Part shown: piece by piece, positions 1 through 9,524 of the stretch
Numbering within the stretch: position 1 is the stretch's first letter
How the letters are laid out: each line of letters opens with the position of its first letter
Virus record (IMG/VR): IMGVR_UViG_3300028805_001692
Location: 1 to 45,612 of that record
Origin: a virus
Taxonomy: Duplodnaviria > Heunggongvirae > Uroviricota > Caudoviricetes
Strand: one strand, 5' to 3'
Length of the DNA: 45,612 bases
The notes under the pieces: generated by a model
Seen by the model: only the letters and a program-made list of their open reading frames with translations
The model's database searches: none
Told to the model about the DNA's origin: nothing
Position numbers and translations under genes: made by a program

Positions 1-114
1 CTTCTGTCTTAACTTCAAAGACAAGATTTCAAGAAAATCGAAATCCTGTTTCATGTTTACGTTAAGAAGGGTATCCCTACTTATATTAGTATGTATTCTA
101 TAACTTTTTTCCAT
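1..114 (-). CDS. N-terminus of a protein running off the window (MEKSYRIHTNISRDTLLNVNMKQDFDFLEILSLKLRQK...), probably structural
   Basis: Manual translation: ATG at 114-112, open to base 1; lies in the baseplate gene run. Not in the ORF track. Confidence 0.6.
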   Translation of the reverse strand, partial: MEKSYRIHTNISRDTLLNVNMKQDFDFLEILSLKLRQK

Positions 115-117
115 AAA

Positions 118-354
118 TTACTTGAGATATTTACTTAATTGCTTCGGTAACTTTATAGGTTTACCGTTTCCGAAAATAATACTGTATACAATTAGAACCA
201 TTACAGCTGGGACTACAACGATTGTAAGTCCTAGCGCAATAAGCGCAATTAATACCTTCCACGCATGCCTGTAAGCCTTTTCTCCTACAGTTTCCTCCAC
301 ATCAACCCCATATTTATCTTGTATCTCAAGACTACGCTTGCAATTACATGACAT
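118..354 (-). CDS. Small membrane protein, hypothetical
   Basis: 78 aa with one long hydrophobic stretch (VLIALIALGLTIVVVPAVMVLIVYSIIF). Confidence 0.55.
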   Translation of the reverse strand: MSCNCKRSLEIQDKYGVDVEETVGEKAYRHAWKVLIALIALGLTIVVVPAVMVLIVYSIIFGNGKPIKLPKQLSKYLK

Positions 355-371
355 AACATTATATTTTTTTA

Positions 372-599
372 TTATCTAATTATTTGTTCAAGTTGTTCTA
401 ACACATCTTGATTATAATTCACATATGAGACCAATAGTCCGTGCTCTTCACATAACTTCTTTTTTAGTTTGTCCCTCCTAACAGTGTCAGTAAAAACCTT
501 TTTAGCATATTCAGTTCCCTTTCTACCAAAATCAGTCGGTTCAAAATGTTGTATACCTTGGCACTCAATTACCTTACCAACTAAAGAAATAATATTACC
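372..599 (-). pseudogene. C-terminal remnant of a Vsr/DUF559-like (PD-(D/E)XK) phage endonuclease
   Basis: Frame with no ATG reads ...VIECQGIQHFEPTDFG...RDKLKKKLCEEHGLLVSYVNY..., matching the IExxGxQH...RDxxKxxxC motif of this family; in-frame TGA at 602-600. Confidence 0.65.
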
Positions 600-2616
600 T
601 CAATTTTATACGGCACTGTATATCAGTAACTGGATTCTTAATCTCATACATTGAATTGTAATCACCGTATAAAACCCTATCAATCTTCTCTAGGTCAATC
701 TCTGCAACCTCCGCATCCTCTATGACAAAACTACTCTCCTTGAAGTCATCACAGGAACTATTGCGTACAAGCTCTGGGAGAGGACATTTATCTGGGCTAT
801 AGCCTCCATTCCATATCTTGTGTATTCGAAGGTCTATGAGGCTTAAAACACCGTCTGTGAGCGTTATTTCTTTCTCAAGGTCTCCTATGAATATGTCATC
901 ACCCATATCATGAGTCTCAACAGCGAAATAAGCATAAACAGTATTAATTACATTCTGTATAACATCTGCTGCATTAAAGTTTTTGTCAATGTAGAGTTCA
1001 AGCTCCACACCAATATTGTAGATTCTACCGCTTTTAATTTCAATGTAATCATTTATCTGCTTGTAGTTGGACATGTACTCCATGACGTTTTCAACAAGTG
1101 TCTGAGGGAGCGCAGAATCAAGTTTTCCAGTAGAGTCAAGACCAAGGAAACTCATTTCAATTTTATTGTTAGCCTCTATTACGGTGTTTCTGAAAGGAGC
1201 ACCGAATTTAGGAGGCATCTGCATAAGTTTTACCTTGTAATCTTTAACAGTGACAGCTCTATTCTGTGAACTTGTATTGTACTTTATAAGATACTTTATT
1301 TCCTCGTTTGAAGGTGCATCCTTACCAGCCAATGCTGTTGATATATTAGTAACGGCAAGAGAAGATATAACTTGTCCCCTCATTGCACCATTGGTGTTTC
1401 CAGTCTGACCACCCCAGTCAACATTAGCAAGAGCAATCGTGTTTATTGCACCAGGACCTAGATTTGATGAAATACCACCTCCAACACGATAAAGTACATA
1501 CATACTCCACCCTTCCTTTGGAAGTACACCAAGCATATCATTATTCATCAAATTTGATGCCATGTAGTCGGCATATGTTGTTTGTTCGCCTGGAACTACC
1601 CCATACCCATTGCTAGCACCGAATATAAGCTTAAGGTATCCATTATCTGTAAACTCAGTGATGAATTTCTGTGTCAATGGCTTCCACTTTCCACGATAAT
1701 ACCTTGTGGTTCTTTCACTTACGATGTTTCCATCTTCATCGTATTTCTTTTCAGTATAGTCATCATAAAGATGCGGGTTATATATATCCGAAATAACCCA
1801 GTCAGTAGTCCCCTGGAATGATGATATCATACCAAACCTATACTGGTCTACAAGTGAGTCAACCTCGAAATACCTGTATGTCATAACAGCATCTTTTGAT
1901 AGCCTAAACTCCTCAGCATCAATGTAGTATTCATAAATCTTAGGAGAAGTTGTTATATCACTAGTCTCCTTGAATATGACAGACTCTACATTCATTACAT
2001 TACTCTCTGGTAAGACAATTTCCATAAATGGTTTAATATCAGACGAATACAAGACTTTCTTATACACCTTTGTATTACCATTTACAACAACTGTTGATTT
2101 GGTAACTGTATAGGCAGTCACATTTCCGTTTCCGTCTCTTGCAGGTACAATCTTTCTATTAGAATACCCATCGCTGTTAAACTGTTCAGCAAAGTTAACG
2201 TCCTCACTAAGCTCAAAATTGTTGCTTCCAGCGGCTACAATGCTAGTCTTCTGTAAAATAGGTGCATAATTCCAGTCTGGGGAACTAATGTCAGTGCTGT
2301 CAACAGGAAGTTCACAGCTTATCTCAACCTCGCACATCGAAGCCTTCGGACCTGGTACTTTCACACCATTTGCCCTAGCCAGATTAAGGAGCGTGCTCTT
2401 GAGACTAGCACTGTTTATATTAGTCTCCTGGAACATCCTGTCTGTATGGTATGAAAGGTCATCACCAACAGCAGCCACAAGGTCAATAAACCACGCACCA
2501 ATACTAGAGTCACCGAAATCATCAGCTACCTCTGGATAGTACTGGTTACTGAACTTTATAAGCTCATCCTTTATACTTGCGAAGTCTCTACTTAAATAAT
2601 TAATCTTCTTTTCCAT
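595..2616 (-). CDS. Baseplate wedge subunit (T4 gp6-like)
   Basis: N-terminal YLSRDFASIKDEL...DF.DSSIG motif and RAVTVKDY, typical of gp6/baseplate-J-like proteins; adjacent to gp25-like gene. Confidence 0.8.
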   Translation of the reverse strand: MEKKINYLSRDFASIKDELIKFSNQYYPEVADDFGDSSIGAWFIDLVAAVGDDLSYHTDRMFQETNINSASLKSTLLNLARANGVKVPGPKASMCEVEISCELPVDSTDISSPDWNYAPILQKTSIVAAGSNNFELSEDVNFAEQFNSDGYSNRKIVPARDGNGNVTAYTVTKSTVVVNGNTKVYKKVLYSSDIKPFMEIVLPESNVMNVESVIFKETSDITTSPKIYEYYIDAEEFRLSKDAVMTYRYFEVDSLVDQYRFGMISSFQGTTDWVISDIYNPHLYDDYTEKKYDEDGNIVSERTTRYYRGKWKPLTQKFITEFTDNGYLKLIFGASNGYGVVPGEQTTYADYMASNLMNNDMLGVLPKEGWSMYVLYRVGGGISSNLGPGAINTIALANVDWGGQTGNTNGAMRGQVISSLAVTNISTALAGKDAPSNEEIKYLIKYNTSSQNRAVTVKDYKVKLMQMPPKFGAPFRNTVIEANNKIEMSFLGLDSTGKLDSALPQTLVENVMEYMSNYKQINDYIEIKSGRIYNIGVELELYIDKNFNAADVIQNVINTVYAYFAVETHDMGDDIFIGDLEKEITLTDGVLSLIDLRIHKIWNGGYSPDKCPLPELVRNSSCDDFKESSFVIEDAEVAEIDLEKIDRVLYGDYNSMYEIKNPVTDIQCRIKLR

Positions 2617-3005
2617 TATATCTCTACTACTATACTGTCATTAGTTACCTTATTTCCTTCCGTAACACTATAATCAAGTCTCACGAACACTTGTGATTCA
2701 TCCTCTTCACTCTTCACAACACTTATATTCCTCAAGGACAGATTGTTAGACCACCTTGTAACAGATTCACTAACCTCTGTCTTGATAGATTCCCAGGTTA
2801 CACCATCGTTCTGGTCGAATATGTATTTAATAAGGTCAGTTCCAAACTCTGGATTCCTAATTCTCTGACCCTTTGGAGTGAATACAATGTGCATGAGCTG
2901 GCTTCTTACTTTATCCGCTACACTCTCATTAGCAGCGACGTAGAAGTGCCTCTCGTTGTCATTAAGGAACGGGTACTTAACCCCAAAAAACTGTTTCTTA
3001 GCCAT
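2616..3005 (-). CDS. gp25-like baseplate wedge protein
   Basis: FTPKGQRIRNPEFGTDL motif (GPW/gp25 family), 129 aa. Confidence 0.85.
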   Translation of the reverse strand: MAKKQFFGVKYPFLNDNERHFYVAANESVADKVRSQLMHIVFTPKGQRIRNPEFGTDLIKYIFDQNDGVTWESIKTEVSESVTRWSNNLSLRNISVVKSEEDESQVFVRLDYSVTEGNKVTNDSIVVEI

Positions 3006-3072
3006 TATATTGTTAAATTATTACTAATAAGTATATAAAATCTAACTTTTTTCATGGGAATATAAACAAAAA

Positions 3073-3096
3073 AATGCAGCCATTTCTGACTGCATT
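3073..3096 (-). terminator. Intrinsic terminator
   Basis: Minus-strand RNA AAUGCAGUCA-GAAA-UGGCUGCAUU followed by a U tract. Confidence 0.8.
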
Positions 3097-3117
3097 CTAT
3101 AGAACTAATTTACCAAA

Positions 3118-3387
3118 TTAACAACCACCAGTGCTGCCACAACCACCACCATAAGATGATGAACCGCATCCACCGCCACCAGAGCCACAACCACCTGTAG
3201 ATGAGCTACCACAGAATCCACTATAGTCCTCATCGTCATCGTCTGAATGCTGGAACAGCCTGTTCCTGTAATTCAGCCTTGCAGAACGAGCAGTAATCTT
3301 CCTAGTGATACCGTCAACTGCATTGTTGACAGCCTCGCTTATAAGGCTCTTAAGCTCACTCTCGTCAATGATAAAAATCTTTCCCAT
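3118..3387 (-). CDS. Small protein with Gly/Ser/Cys-rich C-terminal tail
   Basis: 89 aa ending CGSSSTGGCGSGGGGCGSSSYGGGCGSTGGC; N-terminal IIDESELKSLISEAV. Confidence 0.7.
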   Translation of the reverse strand: MGKIFIIDESELKSLISEAVNNAVDGITRKITARSARLNYRNRLFQHSDDDDEDYSGFCGSSSTGGCGSGGGGCGSSSYGGGCGSTGGC

Positions 3388-3414
3388 AACGATAAATTTA
3401 TCAATAAATATTAA

Positions 3415-4278
3415 TTACACCCAATAAGGATGCAAACTCCCATCCTCATATACAACACCGAAATAATACTCCCTACCAAAGATACCCCTCGTAGCAGCCT
3501 TTAACATGTCAGCTAATGTTGCATGAACACACTTATTTACAAGGAAACAAGTCCTCTTTAGTGTGAACTTACCATCATACGAAGGCACGTATGGAGTAAT
3601 ATCAAACTCCGTCTTACAACCATGAGCAAATGGTGACTTTAGTTTCACACCAAATGTTTTCTCGAAAGAAACAAACATATCTGGTCTATCAAACAACTCA
3701 ACCAACTTAATGTTCTTGAAACCCATCTGGTTATAATGCTCAATACACTTACATATTTCCTCCTTATCACATAGATACGGCTTCATCATATTGATGTTCA
3801 TCGTAATCTTGCTCTTATCCTCAATGCTACGATAGAATCCCTGTCTATCAAACGTTGATTTATGACCACGAATTTCATCAGCTATTTCCTCGTTGTAGTG
3901 TTGTGGGGATATTGCCATACCATCACATTCATTGAGAATATTATAGAACGCATACTTATGTGTGTAACATTGCTCTGGAACTGATGTAATAACATATACC
4001 CTAAGATTGGTGGTAGACTTGACCTTTCTAATCAAATCAAGCACATCATCTATGAAAAGCATAGGTTCTCCACCACTAATGCAGATAGATGTAATCTTAG
4101 CCCTATTCTCGTATATTCTCGAAAATATGGCTCTGACATCTGGTCTCTTGACGGGAATATCAAGACCCTTATTCAATGCATCCACACAGAAAGGACATTT
4201 ATTAGGACACAGTTTAGTGAAATGAATCTGCAACTCATTCTCAATCTGGTCACACGTATTTACGTTATACTTAATCAT
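3415..4278 (-). CDS. Radical SAM protein, function unknown
   Basis: CPNKCPFC (CxxxCxxC) and ISGGEP motifs; no obvious SPASM extension. Confidence 0.85.
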   Translation of the reverse strand: MIKYNVNTCDQIENELQIHFTKLCPNKCPFCVDALNKGLDIPVKRPDVRAIFSRIYENRAKITSICISGGEPMLFIDDVLDLIRKVKSTTNLRVYVITSVPEQCYTHKYAFYNILNECDGMAISPQHYNEEIADEIRGHKSTFDRQGFYRSIEDKSKITMNINMMKPYLCDKEEICKCIEHYNQMGFKNIKLVELFDRPDMFVSFEKTFGVKLKSPFAHGCKTEFDITPYVPSYDGKFTLKRTCFLVNKCVHATLADMLKAATRGIFGREYYFGVVYEDGSLHPYWV

Positions 4279-4934
4279 ACTTTATTCCATTTATAAAGAC
4301 CATAGATACAATTTAATGTCCAGAAGACAAATTGTGCAACCATACACCAATCTCCAGCAACAGCCCACATGACAATACTTCCAAGGTCGATAATCAACCA
4401 ATAGAACCAACTCTCTTTATATCTCAGTATCATGAGTATCTGAGCAACAAATGCTGGGACGGTAGTTATTGCGTCCATAAATGGTTGTGTATCGTTCGTT
4501 CTGTTAAGAATGTTGTACAACACAATAACACCGAAATACGTTATACCAACCACAAATAGGTTCTGTGGTATTGTCATACCTCTAGTATTAACTTCCTGTG
4601 TATTATCGTTATAGTTTCTACTCCAATGATAAATACCGTAGAGCATTGTAACGAAGTAGAAAACGTTCTCAACAATCTCCCCATAGAGGTTCTGTCTACC
4701 AGCAAGGATAATGTATGTTATAAGCTGTATGAAGCCTAAAATGTAAAACATCAGCTTCCTACTACTACACAATACAACAGAAGCAACGCCAAACAGTCCA
4801 CTGATAAGTGAAAGTTTAGAGCTACCAGTTACAGTGAAGACTACAGCCTGTATAATCATACCAGCAAGTATAAACAGGTAATCAAACAGACTGAAGCCCT
4901 TAACTGTCTCCTTTTCAATCAAATTATTCGTCAT
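4275..4934 (-). CDS. pnuC: PnuC-family nicotinamide riboside/vitamin transporter
   Basis: Multi-TM 219 aa, DAITT...AQILM..RYKESWFYWLIID pattern; overlaps nadR. Confidence 0.85.
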   Translation of the reverse strand: MTNNLIEKETVKGFSLFDYLFILAGMIIQAVVFTVTGSSKLSLISGLFGVASVVLCSSRKLMFYILGFIQLITYIILAGRQNLYGEIVENVFYFVTMLYGIYHWSRNYNDNTQEVNTRGMTIPQNLFVVGITYFGVIVLYNILNRTNDTQPFMDAITTVPAFVAQILMILRYKESWFYWLIIDLGSIVMWAVAGDWCMVAQFVFWTLNCIYGLYKWNKV

Positions 4935-6006
4935 AAAGCTTGTTTATGTAGTTCTTAACCACCTCGAAGTTATGGAGGAAGTCACCGTCAAGAATCTCCA
5001 CCTTATCCCAGAGTTTAAACTCCTTAAGCAGTTCCGTAAGCTTATTGAAGTTAGAAACACGTTCATTAATGGATGCCTGCTTCATATAGCGGCTACCATC
5101 ATCAACGAACTTATTCTTTGGTGGAAGCAGGAAAATCTTATCCCACTTTACACGCCCCTCAAGAGCCTTTGCTGCTGGAAATACCTTGTAACGATATTCA
5201 TACTTGGTAATAGGTATCTTTGGGTCTTCACTGTAAGCCTGGGCATACATCAAAGTCACTAGGTTATCTGTATCTGAAATAAACACACCCTGGTCGTTAT
5301 TCCTAACACGCTTACACACATCCACACTCTGACCTATGAGGAAATCCACGAAATCGTCTGCTGTGAGGTCTGTATCCGTCTTACACTTGGTAAGGAGGTC
5401 TTCACGTCCATATTCTTCAGAGTGCTCAATTCCAAAGTACGTAGCAATGTCACGTACCAAGGTTGTCTTACCCTCAGATGCTGTGCCAGTGATGAGGATA
5501 TTGTGGCACAGGTTGTTTCGGTACTCCCTCACAATGTACTTCCAGTACTTGATTGGATTCTGACGAATGTAAGTGCCACTGACTGGAACAACCTTATCAA
5601 TTAATGTAACCTTTGCATTAAGAAGGTTGTGTTTCTCCAGCATTTCCTTATAGTAAGGCTCTGCGACATACCACATAACATCATCATCGTCATGTACAAT
5701 TCCGTTCAACTGCTCAACAACCTCTGTCTGCCAGATAATCCAGTTGTTATCACACATACTCTCGTCAATACCAAGGTCAGTGTCGTTGATGGAAAATACA
5801 GACACAATCTCATCCTTCTCGAATATTTTGCGTACAATTGCTGTGCGCTCCTTAAGAGTCATGTTGATGTTACCAGCACGCTCCTCATTATCGTATCCAC
5901 AGACGATGACAAAGCACTTGTCATTCTCCTTCTTAGCCCTCATGATGGCATCTAGGTGTCCACGATGCATTGGGCAATACCCACCGAAACAAATACCTAT
6001 CTTCAT
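4924..6006 (-). CDS. nadR: NadR-like bifunctional NMN adenylyltransferase / ribosylnicotinamide kinase (no HTH)
   Basis: FGGYCPMHRGH (HxGH nucleotidyltransferase) then GTASEGKTT P-loop, EYGRE and SDTD kinase motifs. Confidence 0.85.
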   Translation of the reverse strand: MKIGICFGGYCPMHRGHLDAIMRAKKENDKCFVIVCGYDNEERAGNINMTLKERTAIVRKIFEKDEIVSVFSINDTDLGIDESMCDNNWIIWQTEVVEQLNGIVHDDDDVMWYVAEPYYKEMLEKHNLLNAKVTLIDKVVPVSGTYIRQNPIKYWKYIVREYRNNLCHNILITGTASEGKTTLVRDIATYFGIEHSEEYGREDLLTKCKTDTDLTADDFVDFLIGQSVDVCKRVRNNDQGVFISDTDNLVTLMYAQAYSEDPKIPITKYEYRYKVFPAAKALEGRVKWDKIFLLPPKNKFVDDGSRYMKQASINERVSNFNKLTELLKEFKLWDKVEILDGDFLHNFEVVKNYINKLYDE

Positions 6007-6473
6007 ACCTTTTTAACAAATAATGCGCAACCTCTACCGCCACCATAATAGTACGCAGGTTCGTACCCATCTTCTTTCATTTCTTTTTCTGTATTATAAT
6101 CAAGCCTGCAACTTTTAGTTTTATATCCAACTGCTTGAAAAAACGATTCGAAAAAGGCAACTAAATCATTAGTAGAACCAGACGAATAGCATGTAAAACT
6201 TCCTATAATTCCTTTATCTACCTCATCTTTAATTAAAAAATCAGTAACACCATAAGGAAATATTCTAAAAAACAACAACTTCTCATGTTTTTCCTTATTG
6301 AACATAAATTTATATCCATTAAAAGGGTTTATAAGAAGATAACCAAAATAATTTATAACTTTGTCATACGGAATGGTACAATTACAGTCTTTTGGTTGTA
6401 CATAATCATTAATATAGAGTTCTGTACCACAGAGGTAAAGACACTTATTTTCTTTATCTATCGCCCAAAACAT
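6003..6473 (-). CDS. Hypothetical AT-rich protein (start moved to MFWAIDK)
   Basis: The longer ORF start overlaps the promoter at 6492-6523. Confidence 0.55.
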   Translation of the reverse strand: MFWAIDKENKCLYLCGTELYINDYVQPKDCNCTIPYDKVINYFGYLLINPFNGYKFMFNKEKHEKLLFFRIFPYGVTDFLIKDEVDKGIIGSFTCYSSGSTNDLVAFFESFFQAVGYKTKSCRLDYNTEKEMKEDGYEPAYYYGGGRGCALFVKKV

Positions 6474-6491
6474 ATCATTTATTTTTTTTTG

Positions 6492-6533
6492 CAAAGTTAC
6501 GAAAAAAGTATGAGATAACCAAATATCCCACAC
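6492..6533 (-). promoter_or_regulatory. Bacteroidota sigma70-type promoter overlapped by the upstream terminator hairpin
   Basis: TTTG (6523-6520), N20, TAACTTTG (6499-6492); hairpin 6508-6533 plus U tract. Confidence 0.8.
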
Positions 6534-6554
6534 TTTTTTTAACACCTTTTAACC

Positions 6555-8615
6555 TTAGAACATGTATTTAACCGACACGAAGAAATTCGTTGGGGCATCT
6601 GGCATATAGAGTGGCTTACCAGTATTTGACAGCACACCAGTCTGGATGTTATCACGGTTGGTGATGTTGTTGAGGTGTCCGCTAATAAGGAAGTTACTCA
6701 GTTTCACACTACCGTATAAATTAAGCTGCCATAGGTCTGGAACTGTAAACTCGTTATCCAAGTCGAGATACATATGACTTCGATACTTGTACTCAAGACC
6801 AAACGACCACATCTTATCACGCCACTCAACAGACTGGTTAAACGTACATCCTGGGGTAAGTACATGTGTCTTAGTACCATATACATCCGTCTTAATTTTG
6901 TTGTTCGAATAGGATGAGTTGTTAATGAAGTGAAGCTTGTCAATCGGCTCATAATCGAAATATAACTCAATACCCATACGATGACTGTTGTCTGCCTTCT
7001 CGTGCTCTGGTAGACCGTTTAAGCCAAGTGTACCTGTCAGTGAACGCTCGTTCTCGAAAATCATGGCAAACAGGTTAAGGTTGGCATTCAGTCGCTTAGT
7101 GGCAATGTTCCAACCAAGCTCGAAGTCATTTGATACCTCAGCATCTGTTGTTGTGAGAGAACCTGGATACCACTCATTACCACCGAACATGTCTGTACGT
7201 GTAGGTTCACGGTGAGCACGTGCATACTTGAAATAAGCCTCATTGTGTTTGTTGAACTTATAACTAGCATCAGCACCAAAGTTAAAGAAATTCCACTTTG
7301 TATCCTCGTCGAACTTAACAAGCGGGTTCATAAGGTCACAATACCAGAAGTTAACGCCACGATACTGTCCATTGGCTGATAATGTAAGTCCACCGAATGA
7401 TTTCTTAATATTGGCGAATAACTCATAATCCATCTTATGGCCACGATTATCGTAATACTCTGATGGGTCGATGTTACGTGCCTTATCGATGTTGCGTTCG
7501 TCAAGGTAGTGCTCACGCTCGAACTTATAGATATTAGTCCCTACCGTAATAGAACCATTGTCGATGTAATATCGTGCTGCTGCATTACCGCCATACATAT
7601 GCTGCTTAAGACCGTAGTTATACAACATTCCAGTCTCAATAGGTTCATCACACAGTCGAAGCATATAGTTGTCAAGGTCGAAACGATATTCACCAAGCAG
7701 CATGTTCCAATATAATGAAGAGGTAAACAATACCTTATCACTAAACCATCCGTTATATGTGAACTTATTTACAGTCTGAAAGAAATTATCGTCCTCGTCC
7801 TTGGTACAGCCATTTATCTTACGGTTCTTACTCAGTTCCTCCATAGTAGCACCAATGTATCCCTGCCCATTACGATGGTATCCTGTAATCGATAGAAAAT
7901 CCACAGAACTCTTATCGTTAATGAAGTAACCAAGCTTGAGACCAAGTGACTGCGAGTTATTCGAACTATGCTCACGATAACCATCAGTCTGTGATTGAGT
8001 GGCACGAACATGTAATGCCCACTTACCCATGAGTCCTGTATTAATGTTGGCAGATGTCTTGAATGAATAGAAACTACCAGCACCGAACTCCGCATAAGAC
8101 GTAGTATTCTTCAGTAGGTCAACAGAGCTGATGTTGATACTTCCGCCATACGATGCAGTTCCTGGGTTATAGGTACTTGTACCACGTCCTACATCAATTG
8201 TACCAGCATCTGCCATAATATCTGGGCTGTTGGCAAAGTAACAACCAAAGTCCTCAGCCTCATTCCAGGGCATACCATCCAACGTAACATTGATACGTGT
8301 CTGGTCTAATCCACGAATACGGAAATAACCATAACCGAAGTCAGTGCCGTTGTCGCTGAAAGCAAAGATGGAAGGCATCTGAGCAAACAACCAGGAAGGC
8401 TCTTGACCATAGTTGCTGGAGAGGATTACCTCAGAGTTGATAGTACTTCCAAGCATCGGGGCTGCATTCCGATAGAAGGAGGTGACGGTAAACTCGTCCA
8501 GTGTCTGGTTAATTAACGTATCAGTACTCTCGATTCCATCAACGTTGTCGATGGGGTCAGCGTATGACATGGTTGCCATTGCCATACACATAAACAAACA
8601 GATAAACTTTTTCAT
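6555..8615 (-). CDS. TonB-dependent outer-membrane receptor
   Basis: Signal peptide; plug motif FRIRGLDQTRINVTLDGMPWNEAED; C-terminal VSVKYMF beta-signal. The plug resembles, from recall, Bacteroides vitamin (thiamine-type) receptors. Confidence 0.85.
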   Translation of the reverse strand: MKKFICLFMCMAMATMSYADPIDNVDGIESTDTLINQTLDEFTVTSFYRNAAPMLGSTINSEVILSSNYGQEPSWLFAQMPSIFAFSDNGTDFGYGYFRIRGLDQTRINVTLDGMPWNEAEDFGCYFANSPDIMADAGTIDVGRGTSTYNPGTASYGGSINISSVDLLKNTTSYAEFGAGSFYSFKTSANINTGLMGKWALHVRATQSQTDGYREHSSNNSQSLGLKLGYFINDKSSVDFLSITGYHRNGQGYIGATMEELSKNRKINGCTKDEDDNFFQTVNKFTYNGWFSDKVLFTSSLYWNMLLGEYRFDLDNYMLRLCDEPIETGMLYNYGLKQHMYGGNAAARYYIDNGSITVGTNIYKFEREHYLDERNIDKARNIDPSEYYDNRGHKMDYELFANIKKSFGGLTLSANGQYRGVNFWYCDLMNPLVKFDEDTKWNFFNFGADASYKFNKHNEAYFKYARAHREPTRTDMFGGNEWYPGSLTTTDAEVSNDFELGWNIATKRLNANLNLFAMIFENERSLTGTLGLNGLPEHEKADNSHRMGIELYFDYEPIDKLHFINNSSYSNNKIKTDVYGTKTHVLTPGCTFNQSVEWRDKMWSFGLEYKYRSHMYLDLDNEFTVPDLWQLNLYGSVKLSNFLISGHLNNITNRDNIQTGVLSNTGKPLYMPDAPTNFFVSVKYMF

Positions 8616-8929
8616 TTCTTTAAAATGTTATTAAATGTTAATGTTTTCTTCTTATTCTGTTCCTTAATTTTTTTCCTATCATCCTTAGACATCCACCAAT
8701 TTTTTCTCTCAATCAGTGTAATTTCTCCAGCTTTAGTACAAACCCATACGAAACACATTGCAAAACCAATAAACCCATAACACGGTATGATAACCCACCA
8801 CAGAAGTACTGATGCAATGGCATCTGAAAGCGTTACCTTATTATTAACGTAATAGAATATGATTGTAGACACTAATGTACCAACAATCCATGATACAATC
8901 CATATTGCAATTTCACTAATACTCATCAT
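8612..8929 (-). CDS. Small two-TM membrane protein (start moved to MMSISE)
   Basis: Two hydrophobic helices and a basic C-terminus; stop overlaps the receptor start. Confidence 0.6.
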   Translation of the reverse strand: MMSISEIAIWIVSWIVGTLVSTIIFYYVNNKVTLSDAIASVLLWWVIIPCYGFIGFAMCFVWVCTKAGEITLIERKNWWMSKDDRKKIKEQNKKKTLTFNNILKK

Positions 8930-9179
8930 CTTCGTCCTCCTCGTAGTTATCGTAATACTCCTCGTCCTCTGGGTCTCCATCTTCCGCAGGTTCAACTGGA
9001 GTAACTTCAACATTATTGCACTTTATGGCTTTACCACACTCTGGACAGAACTTGATATTTCCAATAACATCACCGAATATAGTATGCTCTCCCAAATATA
9101 CAAGCTGACCGTATTCATTCATGAAAATTCTATGGTCTTCCCTGCCAAGTGTTTCCTTGCCTTCACAAAACTTACACAT
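8916..9179 (-). CDS. Zinc-ribbon protein with acidic tail
   Basis: CKFC...CPECG and a D/E-rich C-terminus. Confidence 0.65.
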   Translation of the reverse strand: MCKFCEGKETLGREDHRIFMNEYGQLVYLGEHTIFGDVIGNIKFCPECGKAIKCNNVEVTPVEPAEDGDPEDEEYYDNYEEDEDDEY

Positions 9180-9180
9180 A

Positions 9181-9447
9181 TTATTTCTCTTTTAAAAATT
9201 TGTCAACCATACTTTCAAGACCACGTTCAAGACGATAGTTCTCATAGTTAATCAATGAGTCGATTGGGTTAGAGTCCTCACAGTCCTCAAGGTCAGTGTC
9301 GTTTATAACAGCCTCCTTGTACTCTTTATAAGTCCATGAGTTCTTACCTATCTTAGGACGCATCAGAGCTGGTGCATTCTCACCATGCTTCTTTATCTCC
9401 TTCTCTATACTAATGAGTAGAATCTTTTTTGCTTGTTCTCTAGTCAT
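9181..9447 (-). CDS. Hypothetical protein (start MTREQAKK)
   Basis: First ATG downstream of the promoter at 9467-9498. Confidence 0.65.
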   Translation of the reverse strand: MTREQAKKILLISIEKEIKKHGENAPALMRPKIGKNSWTYKEYKEAVINDTDLEDCEDSNPIDSLINYENYRLERGLESMVDKFLKEK

Positions 9448-9466
9448 AGCTGTATGATTTTGGTTG

Positions 9467-9508
9467 CAAAGATACACAAAAAAATCGAGATAACCAAATA
9501 TTATCTCG
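9467..9508 (-). terminator. Terminator closing the iscB-array transcript, fused to the next host-type promoter
   Basis: Inverted repeat CGAGATAA/TTATCTCG (9486-9508) plus U tract on the minus strand; -33 TTTG 9498-9495, -7 TATCTTTG 9474-9467. Confidence 0.8.
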
Positions 9509-9524
9509 GTTTTTAAAAAAAATT

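Noticed and set aside
5902-5912. 11-nt match (GACGATGACAA) between the spacer at 9702-9712 and nadR
   Set aside because: Too short, excludes the repeat-proximal seed, and is expected by chance.
8612-9460. Riboswitch upstream of the TonB receptor
   Set aside because: The region is filled with overlapping ORFs and no aptamer motif was recognised.
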